Source of the DNA: Adineta vaga
Taxonomy: Eukaryota > Animalia > Rotifera
Assembly (NCBI GenBank): GCA_021613535.1
Contig: CP075492.1
Location: 10,788,001 to 10,852,000 of the forward strand
Direction: 5' to 3'
Length of the DNA stretch: 64,000 bases
A program made the translations under genes and the position numbers. Below, in pieces: positions 53,589-64,000 of this stretch. How positions within the stretch are numbered: the stretch's first letter is position 1; the number at the start of each line of letters is the position of its first letter. The notes beneath the pieces were generated by a model that worked only from the letters and a program-made list of their open reading frames with translations, made no database searches and had not been told where the DNA came from.

Positions 53589-54687
53589 ATGTCACTTATC
53601 ACTGTAGTGATTTTATTGTTTCTTAGTAGTCCATTAATTTTATCGAAAAAACAAGAACCAACCTGTGTGGAACCTTTGGATGGTGTAGCAGCATATCCAT
53701 GTGAAAGTCGTCCAAGTCGAGAACCACTTAGTTTACAATTTAGTAAAGCTCAAAGTAAGTTGATGATATTTGATTTCTCGAAACTATGATAGCTAATTGA
53801 TTTCTTGTTCATTTAGTTAGTAAACCAGCTCCAACATTTGACGGTTTAGCAGTTATTAATGGTGAATTTAAAGAAACTAGTTTAAGTGATTTTAAAGGCA
53901 AATATCTTGTCCTTCTTTTTTATCCCTTGGATTTGTAAGTTTTCTCATGCTATATATACATATTTGAAATCTGTTTCGGATTTCTTCTAGTACATTTGTT
54001 TGTCCTACTGAAATCATTGCCTTCTCAGATCGTATTCAAGAATTCAAGAGCATCAATACTGAGGGTATGAATATCAATTTATTTTTTTCTTCTCGAAATT
54101 GAAAGATAATTTTAATAATGAATTTTTTAGTCGTAGCAATCTCGGTTGATTCACAATTTACTCATTTAGGTACGAAAGAAACAATGAAAATTTTCTTTGC
54201 AAATTGTCATTTTTATCTTTAGCATGGATCAATACACCCCGTGAACAAGGTGGCTTAGGAAAAATTCAAATCCCACTTCTATCAGATTTAACTCATCAAA
54301 TTTCGAAAGATTATGGTGTTTATCTTCAAGATGTTGGTCATGCGTTAAGGTACGGATAGAAATAAAAATTTAATTAAAAAGTTTCTTGGTCTATTTTTCA
54401 GAGGATTATTTATAATTGATGGTCGTGGTATTCTTCGTCAAATAACAATGAATGATCTTCCTGTTGGTCGATCAACCGATGAAACACTTCGACTACTTCA
54501 AGCGTTTCAATATACGGATAAACATGGCGAAGGTATGAAATGATATGTTTACTACTAATTCAAACTAATGATATCTTGCATTTTAGTATGCCCTGCTGGT
54601 TGGCATCCAGGTTCTGACACAATTATACCTAATCCCGAAGAGAAATTGAAATATTTCAGTAAAAATTATGAAACAAAGAAAAATTAA
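53589..54687 (+). CDS. PRDX4: Peroxiredoxin-4 (secretory 2-Cys peroxiredoxin)
   Basis: Signal peptide, [28 protein letters not shown] and KLKYF. Confidence 0.93.
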
Positions 54688-55083
54688 AATGAACTATTTC
54701 ATTGATTGATTGTAAAGACTAATCTTTGTCAACAAACGATCAGTTATGTGATTTATATACTTTATTTTGTTTCTTTCTACTCTTTCTTTTCATATTTTTC
54801 ACGATGTTTTAGTTGTTATAGAGATAGCAATAAAAACAACTATGTTGTCTTTAAACTGTTCGATTTTAATGGAATCTTTTTCTTTGAGTAATGAGACTAA
54901 AAGCAACAATAACATGTTGTTTTTGTTCTACTCTTTCGCAATTCAAATCAGATTAATCGACATGAAATGTGAAATGAGTAAAGAAAGAGAGAGAGAGAGA
55001 AGAAAAAAAACAAGATTTCGATCAGTTTGATTTATTCAATTCAATTTGTATTGAAATAATTTAATGAGAAGAAAAAGAAACGT

Positions 55084-55695
55084 TCAAGCCATCATTTGTC
55101 GTAAAACAGGATCGGCATTTGGATTATTTCCGTGTTCTGTAACAAAAGGAGCAATTTTATTGAAACGTTGAGAAACCATTGTTTGATCTTGATTAGCAAT
55201 TCGATCTAAAATTAATCGATAACCAGGTGCTTTACCAATACGAATGGTTCGTTTTGGTTCAGAACGGGGTGAACTAGCGGAACCAACTGAAAATTAAAAA
55301 TAACAATGAGTCTAATTCTAAGAATATAGAAAATCTTACATCGTTCTTCGAATATACGAGTTACATAGCGTGAAGTTGGTTGTTTCATTCGAAGAGATTG
55401 ATATCGACGCATTTCAAGTGTATTATAAGACAAAATACGTTGATCCATTTCTTTGGGTGGACGTGCTGGTTGACCTCCTTCAAATTGATAGAGTGGATCG
55501 TTAGCAACACGATAGGATTCAAGTGATGGAGTTGATAAAATCAAATCACCTAAAAGGAAAATAAATCATTTGAGAGAAAAAGAAACTAGTTTATTTACCA
55601 GTTGTATTATAATGATAACCGGTGTATGGTCTGACATTATTAGAATCGATACTTCTTGAATAAAGTAAACTTCTTAGTGTTTCTAAATCCGACAT
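55084..55695 (-). CDS. Hypothetical protein of about 170 aa, 3 exons
   Basis: MSDLETLRSLLYSR.. joins through two phase-1 GT-AG introns to ..DPVLRQMMA*. No family recognised. Confidence 0.65.
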
Positions 55696-56609
55696 CTTTC
55701 ACTAGATCGTTTTTCCGAAATGTTTTGATATATATATATATATTTATAAATGCACAAACGCGTGTGTATTTTGTTGTTGAAATCAGATCTGGCCACTTAT
55801 TATTGAGGTGTTTGTCGACACGATTTATTTTCTATTCTTCAACTTAAGAATGAGGCATGAGCAAGAGAAAAAAATTGAAGAGAAAGAAGAAGAAGAAGAA
55901 AAGAACACTATCAGAAAGCGACTGTTACAAAATATTGATCAAAATCATACTTGTTGGTTGCCGAGACACCGAAATACCCAATCTGATCGAGACAAATTGA
56001 TGTTGACATGTGCGCCTATTTAAACATCGAAGAAAATCCATCTTCCAAGAATAAATTCTTTTGTCGAAAGAAATTACAATGTAACAAACTGTTATTTTTT
56101 TTACTCCGAATAAAAAAGTTAAAAGTATTCAAACAATAGTTTATTGAGTTCTGAGGATTCATTTGTTATTCAAGGGCGTGTTAGAATTTAAAACTATTTG
56201 TTTCCATTCAAATCTAAGAATTATCGTAATTCTGTGTACGTACGAAAAAGTATTGTATTATCAATATGATCTAATGAAGCTACATTTGATTTTTCAGCAT
56301 GATGTGTGTGGTGTATTGATATTCTGTATTTCTTTGACAATGAATCCCTGAACTTTTTTGTCTAGTGAATACTTTGAAATGTCATAATAGTGCAAACAAC
56401 GATTGAAATTTCTATCATTCTTGTAGTCGGAGTCGTCGTCGTCGTCGTATGACAAACTTTAAATGTGGATCTCCTACATAAGTCAGATGTGAAGGACAAG
56501 AAAACAGATAATGAGAGGAAGACGAAGGATTACACAAAACAAATTGTAAAGTAACGACAGAAGTGAAAAAAAAGGAAGTAGATCATTCACTATTCTATTT
56601 GTTCCGGAG

Positions 56610-57314
56610 ATGATGCAAATAACTTCACGAACACGAAATATATCATACAAATGGATATCAAGAATCATTGGTATTGTCTGGGCAATTCTTACAGCTTGTT
56701 TTGCTATTTTAAATATATATGTTTTTGCACAACCGCAATGGATTGGTGATACATTAGCAAGTCCTCGTGCTGGACATTTTGGTTTATATTCATATTGTAT
56801 CAGTACGACAAGTGATTATGAATTTGATTGTCGAGGAACATGGACCGATTTTGGAACAATTCTTAATGCACCATTTGCTGTAGCAACATTCTTTATTGGT
56901 TTTTCAGCTTTACTTATTCTCATTTGTCTTGCATCATTCATTCTATTCTTATTTATACGTGCTCGAATCGTTTATTTTATTTGTGCATTATTACAAATTA
57001 TTTGTACCATTTGTTTTCTTATTGCTTTGATTATTTATCCATCCGGTTTTGATAATGAAACAATTCGATCGGTATGTGGAGATCATGTCAATGATTATAA
57101 TATTGATACGTGTCAAGTTCGATGGGCATATATTTTGGCTATAGTTGCGTTTTTTAATATTTTAATTCTTTCAATTCTTGCATTTTCACTTGCTATGAAA
57201 CAACCGAAAGGTACAACTAGAGAAGAACATATGGATACAAGACCAGTTATATCAAAATATGGCGAATCGAACGAAGGATTTGATGATCGAACATTTTACG
57301 AGCAACGACGTTAA
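56610..57314 (+). CDS. LHFPL tetraspan protein (LHFPL3/4/5, TMHS-like), intronless
   Basis: IGIVWAILT, QPQWIGD, GHFGLYSYC, LIIYPSGFD..VCG..C.VRWAYILAI are LHFPL family motifs. Confidence 0.9.
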   Translation: MMQITSRTRNISYKWISRIIGIVWAILTACFAILNIYVFAQPQWIGDTLASPRAGHFGLYSYCISTTSDYEFDCRGTWTDFGTILNAPFAVATFFIGFSALLILICLASFILFLFIRARIVYFICALLQIICTICFLIALIIYPSGFDNETIRSVCGDHVNDYNIDTCQVRWAYILAIVAFFNILILSILAFSLAMKQPKGTTREEHMDTRPVISKYGESNEGFDDRTFYEQRR

Positions 57315-57641
57315 TTTTATGTTATAGAAAGAAAAACAAACAATCTTGGTTTTTTTGTTTTTTAGCTTAAAATTTGCTCATAAATGTAATGATCTACATT
57401 AGACTATAGAACTTCAAAAGATATTCTGTTTGTCTATTTTTTCAGTCTATCAGCTGTTCGATTCGGAGGAGTATATATTATCTTTCATGAAAATGAACTT
57501 ATTTGTTTCATCAATTACATAAATTGAGTAGCAAAACGTTTTATTCTCATCACTAATTAGTCAAAGAAGAAGGATATCTTTATATAGATAGAACATTATG
57601 AGAGTCGATAATGATTCTATCTTTAGTCGTACATTATTATC

Positions 57642-58043
57642 ATGCATCTATTTGATAAACTACGAGCAAGTGTACGACGAAAACCAACAAATGTATGTTT
57701 AGGTTTCCTATTTTGCATTATTAATTTCATTGTTTCTTAGAAAATCGAATTGACATTATCAGAACAAATTGAAAATTTATTATATCAATCAACTATATCA
57801 GTCAATGATCATCGTCTTCAATTACTTCGATCTGTATATGAATATCGATTACGTCAATTCGAAACATTGAATGATTCAAAACGTCAAGAATTCGAAGAAT
57901 CAATGCTAAAAAGTCTTCTTGCTATTACATCTAATCTTCCATCAAAATCACCATCCGTTTTTAAACGATCATCACACTTCTATCAATCCATGCCATCAGC
58001 GACCTCTATACAAATACAAAAACGCAAGACTAAATCAAATTAG
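57642..58043 (+). CDS. Small hypothetical protein, 2 exons
   Basis: MHLFDKLRASVRRKPTN joins through a phase-0 intron to KIELTLSEQIENLL..KRKTKSN*. Confidence 0.55.
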
Positions 58044-58711
58044 TAAACAATTTTCTTGTACTTATCAGTAATTTTACTTGAAAAAAAAAACCATTATAAT
58101 AAATTTACTTTTTTTTGACCATATAATATCAATATGTATATCGATTGGTTCGTTCAAGTCCATTACAAACTTCTGCCAGACAAGAAAGGAGAAATAAAAA
58201 AAAACCTCTTTTTCTCTTCGTTGAACAAATAAACTCAACGATTGAATATACCTGAGTTAGTCTACATAACATAACATCCCTATCTTACATACAGACTGAT
58301 CATGAAGCAATTAGTGAACTATTCATGTCATACATTCGTTCGTATCTATATTTACTTTAATGAAAGTTTACATGTTCGTTTTCTGGTTCGTGTCTACTTC
58401 AAAATCATGAGAGTGACACATTTATCTATCTATTGTAGAAATATATCGTTATGTAAGAGAGACGATTGTAAATGTTTATTTAAAGTAAAATAGTTCCTCG
58501 TTACTTCTATTTATTCTCTTGAATCAATATGAGAAAAGAAGAGAGTAAAAACGTGAAAAATGGAAATAGTTTTATTTCTATGTAGTTTATCTTTTCCTTG
58601 CAAGATAAAATTCAACATAACCTTGAACTTTTACGATGTTTTCATCTCTAAAAATATAGATAAACAAATTTTGTTTTGATGAACCTTGTGTTTTTCAGAT
58701 TACACCTAACA

Positions 58712-58906
58712 ATGGGTCCATCTCAACGTCAACAACGTAGAACCGATTCGAAACATTCCACATCAACTACTGCTGTTAAAAATAAATCGAATAGTAATTC
58801 AAACATACTAATATTAGGCATTGCATTTGCTGCATTAATTTTATATGTTCTATATCAATCAATTAGTGTTTATAACAAAGATCGCATGTATAATGACTTT
58901 GACTAG
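58712..58906 (+). CDS. 64-aa single-TM microprotein
   Basis: MGPSQRQQRR.. basic N-terminus, TM ILILGIAFAALILYVLY, short C-tail; preceded by a splice acceptor (TTTTTCAG at about 58698). Confidence 0.55.
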   Translation: MGPSQRQQRRTDSKHSTSTTAVKNKSNSNSNILILGIAFAALILYVLYQSISVYNKDRMYNDFD

Positions 58907-59941
58907 GAATGAATCTCTATTTGTCTCATATTGCGAAAAAAAACTCCTATTTGTTTTCTTGCTTTTAATCGATGTGAATTAAATAAATGCTTTGGTTCTT
59001 ATTGCTGTTGTGATAGTGTTCGAAATTTTAATTATTGTAACTTATTGAACAAATAACTAGCAAATTATTAGCATGATTCTGAAAACTAATGATCTTTTCT
59101 ATTGCTGCATGAGCTTTTTGAATTTATTGATTCCTTATTTCTGCTAAATAAATTTCAAATATTCGTCTGTTTCAGATTGGTCAAAGAGAAAAACATGCTT
59201 ATCTTGGTTTGATCATTATCAATTTACAGTGTTAAGAAATCAATCTCTTTTAGGTAGAAAGATCAATTGAACGATGTATAGAATTTGTTTATTATAACAC
59301 AATATTTAAAAAACTTGTTACTAACACAGATAATTTCTTTTTTTCTCTCGAATTTATCTGCTATCATGTATGTTCTTGATTACGTAGACGAACATATCCG
59401 ACGCGTCTGTACGTATTCTTTTGAACTGATGAACGGATGATGTGATTGAGAAATAGGTCAATACATATTGTTTTTTCTTCAAAATGAATTGTTCGTTGCA
59501 TGATGCCAACCTTGAATTGAAAATATGTGTGTTATTATCCGTCGTCGTCAAAACAATAGAGAAGGAAGAAAAAAATGAGTATAGAACAGTTGAAAAATTC
59601 ATACGTGAAATGATCCATACAGTATGTAGATTTTCTCATTGTTTGATTTATTACCCCATGACAAGATAGATTTATTAGTTTATACATTCAATCATACGAT
59701 TTGTTAGGAGAAAAAGAAGATAAATGAATTGAAATTTGCATAGCATTTTTTCAGTTTGTTGAAAATAATTTTGTTTATTTGTTTTTAGATAGATGAGTGA
59801 AATTTTTATCGTATGCTGGCGAATAATAACGAGGCATGCTCTGTAATCAAGTGAGTCAAGCACTTTTTAAACTCATTATTTGATTGATATTTACTCTATG
59901 TTTTGTAGTAGTGTAAAGAGAATAATAATCCATGCATTAAA

Positions 59942-62900
59942 ATGATGACAACTTTAGAAAGTATGCGAAGAAATTTGTGATTTTATTGATTTCTTTTTTT
60001 TCCTCATATAATTAGATCTTCAGGATGGTAATCTTTCATCATCTGTCTTTGATAGTCCATGTCCTAGTGTTGCATCAGTAAGTTTTCGTATTTAAATGAA
60101 ACTTAATTCATTGTTTATCTTCTAGGATAAGCAAGATGTTGTAATCGTGGTTGATGAGGATGAAAGTGATATTGAAATTGATGAAGAATCAACTATTCAT
60201 ATAAATGAAAAATATCAACAATGTGCTGCAAAATATCTAATCAATAAACTTGATCTACATGCTGAAATTATCATTGTGAAGCCAAATTTACCAGTTCGAG
60301 TTTGTCGAACAGCAATACCATATACAAATCTTCGCGATGTTCAAATCATAACTGTAAATTAAACGACAATCTTTCTGATACCAAACAAGCTCATTTGTTT
60401 TTAGATTGATAATCCTCAAACTTCGAAACCAGAACATGTAACTAAGAGACAAATTTATATGAATGAACCATGTTCATCGACAACTATTCCTATTCGATCG
60501 CGTGTATTTCATCGTGCAACATCACTACTCGGTTTTGTATTAGAACTTCCATGTATAACGACAAACAATAATCGTTATCTCGTTTTATATGATGATTTTA
60601 CTGCATGTTATCATTCTTATGGTGAACTTCATCTTTGTTTATGTCAAGATTTTCGTCGACATCTATTAAATATTGATTATAAAGATTTACGCGATTATTA
60701 TCAACAAGCTTTCAAAAATTTAAACAAATCTATGCAAATAACGTATTCATTAGACAGTATTATTCGTGTAAAGAAATTCGGTGCTCAATATCATAATGTT
60801 CGTGTTATTGAGGTTGATTATTCGTTGCTTAAAACTTGTTTTTTCGAACGAAAATCTAAGAAAGAAATATGGATTTATTGTAATTCATCGATTATTGAAC
60901 GGACTCAACCAATCATTGAACTACCAATAGTAACAGTTTCTGAAAATCCTCCAACACCAACAGACGAAACTATTGAACCATGTGCAGATTTACCACGATT
61001 ACGTAAACGACAAAATGATGATAATAATAACAATAGCAACAAAAAAGGTATAGTCATCATAAATGGAAATTTACGATCTAGAAGTTGCCGCTTGATTAGA
61101 ATACGAAAATTAAAGATCAGTGATCTTTTGATACATTTCTCAATAACTTGTGAAAATAGACACATACTTGTATTCGAAATATAGTTTTATATTTATCTAT
61201 CTTACAGTCGAGGAGTATTATGTGAAATATAAACAGGTAAGACATGATGCTTTCATATGTTGTTATCACTAGCATGTTTAGTGTACAACAACAAAAAAAT
61301 CGACAAGGTTTTATAAGAGAATCTTAATTGCATAGCATTTCCGCAACATTTCCTTCAAGATAATGCTTTATGAAATTTTCATCTACAAAAAATTGTCTTT
61401 TATTCTATGCGAATTGTTTTAGATAGGAAAAAACTTCGTGATCGCTCGAATACAAAACAACCAATTTTATCTTCGAATGACGATTTATCATCAGCAACAC
61501 GTCATAATATTGTAACAGCTTATTATACAAATGTTCTTTTTCCAAAATTTCGTGTACTGAATACTCTACCTTCAACAGTACATAAATGTGGTCGACGATG
61601 TGTAATCTCAGCTGAAGAAACATTCTGTCCTAGTAAAATTCGAACGAATCCATTTTTACTTCCATTTGACTGTCGATGGTCAATTGTTGATAGTAAACCT
61701 CGTGGTTATCGAACACCATGTTGTCGTACACTTTATTCTCTAGATGATATTGAACAATATCTCTATCGAACACAATCGAAATTATCGATAAAATATTTCG
61801 TCGATGGTGTTTTAACTCGTTTTAAACCACCCATTGATGATTATGAAAAAAAATCTATTCTACTTGAAGATTTATCTAATGGTCAAGAAAATGTTCAAGT
61901 CTCTGTATATAATGATATTGATAATAATAAACCAGATAAATTTGTTTATATTACGAAAATTCGACCAATTGATAATCGTATTGCTGCAGCATATAATGAT
62001 ACAAATATGACATCATGTTGTGATTGTACTGATAAGTAAGTAGATTAAACTGATAATCATGAAGTTAATATTAGATCGATTCTAAAATTTGATCTGTTTT
62101 AGTTGTAATGATCGAATGAAATGTGCTTGCTTTCGTAAAACATTAAGTCAAGCTCAAGTAAATCATGATTCATTAGTAATGGAAAAAGAAAAAAATCGTT
62201 ATACACAATCATACATGTTAAAAACAACAGGTTATCAACGAAAACGTTTGTTAAATCCAATATCAAGTGGTATCTATGAATGTAATTCGAAATGTGCATG
62301 TCATCGTGAACATTGTTCAAATCGTCTTGCTCAACAAGGTCTGTTTGTACATTTACAATTGTTTAAAGATAAATCGAAAGGTTGGGGTTTACGTACATTA
62401 CATGATTTACCTCGTGGAACATTTATTTGTCAATATATTGGAGAATTATTAACATCAGATCAAGGACATGAACGTGCACAAACGATGGATGATAAATATC
62501 AAACAAGTCTAGATTTAGTTAGACAAGTTCGATATGAAATCAGTGATGAAGATATGGATGCTGATGATGACGACGATGAACCGTATGTAGTTGATGGAAG
62601 TTTGTATAGCAATTTAGGCAAATATTTTAATCATTCATGTGATCCAAATATGTTTATTCAAAATATCTTTATTGAATCCCATGATCTTCATTTTCCAAAT
62701 CTTGCTCTATTTACACGAACACATGTCAAAGCTGGTCAAGGTAATCGACACTTTCTATTTCACTTCCTTTTCTATTGACAAAAAAAATCTCATTAAAAAT
62801 TCTTAATAGAGTCGTGCTTCTATGACCTTAGTCAAGTATTTGATTACGACAGAACGATATTATTCGATATTTATAACATCATATAGAAATATTTTATTTT

Positions 62901-63218
62901 CAGTAGTGATTGATGCTTTTTCTATTAGATTTCGTAACACTATCACTCATGTTAGGCAATCAAGTTAATCTGTACAGACATAAAAAAATATTGACATTAT
63001 ACACGTATTTCATGTAAATATCTTCTTCTTCTTCTTCTCTTTCCTTCGATTATTAGATAATAGTAGAAAATAAGTTTGTTAATTACTATAACTTGAATAA
63101 TGACAAAATATATGATTAATATTTAGAATTGACTTGGCATTACAATTGTGAATTATTACCCGATCGTGAAGTAAAATGTTTCTGTGGATCGAAAAATTGT
63201 CGTGGTCGATTGTTGTAA
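59942..63218 (+). CDS. SETDB1: SETDB1/eggless H3K9 methyltransferase (Tudor-like region, MBD, pre-SET, SET, post-SET)
   Basis: MBD NPFLLPF..YRTPC..DIEQYL; pre-SET DLSNGQE..CCDC..GIYECNSKC; SET KGWGLR..YFNHSCDPN..ELTWHY; post-SET CFCGSKNCRGRLL*. Confidence 0.92.
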
Positions 63219-64000
63219 CATGAACTTTCTTTGGTCAGATTTCGGAATCTATTAACATATATTGCTGTTTCATAGCATATTTTGTTTTTCTATGTATGAT
63301 TGTTTTTTTGTTTCACTTGTTCTGAATTTAACTATGTATTTTTGATATAAATTCTTTCATATGATCTCTTTTGTTTTAATGATTAGCAGATTTGTCAGAT
63401 CAATGCGTTGATTATATTTTTGAGAAGAAGAAGAAGACGATAAAGAGAAAATGATGATTTCTGTTGATGTCAATGGCCTTCGCGTGTAGAATATATATTC
63501 AGTCGATGAACATTGAGTAAATTGAGCGCATAGAGAAGAACGAGAAAAGTAATCGATGTTACTTCTTAATGGCAGCTTTATTATTTCTTTTTCTTCTTCT
63601 CCTGAAGATGATGATGATGATGATGTAATTTGTGCGAGATTGATTCTTCACATACAACGATTTCATCGATGTCCTACTGCTTCATCAAATTTCACTTGTA
63701 TGTAAATTGTACTTGTCGTCAGGAAGATTATTTGCACGAGAAGAGGAAAATTAGAAGCATTACTATTTTCTCTTCTGACTAAAATAGAAGATAAGAAAGT
63801 AGTGCTGAAAAGATGTTAAGAAATAGAAACTTATATTGTTGGTCAGTTTGCTTTGAGAAAGATAAGCTGTTTTCTGTTAATTAGCATAAAGCATCTGGAG
63901 CTTTCTATTTCTGATTATATGATCACTGTTCGTCTTCTTTCTTTCTTTCTTATCTTGTGGAGAGAGAGAAAAAGAAAAGGTCAATCAGTTTTTGAATCTC

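Noticed and set aside
63420-63780. Possible terminal exon of a minus-strand gene at the right edge
   Set aside because: All three frames after the candidate acceptor close early and no family is recognisable.

Overview
AT-rich (roughly 28-30% GC by eye), gene-dense eukaryotic animal DNA. Most introns are GT-AG and only about 50-60 nt long. This architecture, plus an intron-containing bacterial-type gene pair and a 42-aa-TPR gene, points to a bdelloid rotifer (inference, not proven). I spliced about 26 protein genes by hand: partial HEATR5, TRPV nanchung, a CCSER-like protein, IRAK1BP1/SIMPL, SLC33A1, ZCRB1, a kainate-type iGluR, an Lhx1/5-type LIM-homeobox gene, a septin, Crk, MEI4-like, TTC4, hnRNP F/H, PBX, a TPR protein, two mscL copies, CDK8, SAMD1-like, PRDX4, LHFPL, SETDB1 and several orphans. 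A U5 snRNA gene is also present. Main highlights: (1) a tandem pair of bacterial-type MscL channels that share an intron and carry Cys-rich N-termini; (2) a MEI4-like meiotic double-strand-break gene with a 1-nt frameshift, 101 bp behind TTC4 in an operon-like layout; (3) a U12-type intron in TTC4 with no usable AG acceptor; (4) a GC-rich frameshifting exon flanked by G-runs in hnRNP F/H; (5) His at the iGluR Q/R site; (6) a SAMD1-like gene preceded by CGCG-rich motifs and a 22-bp palindrome. Family assignments come from remembered reference sequences and motifs; no database search was run.
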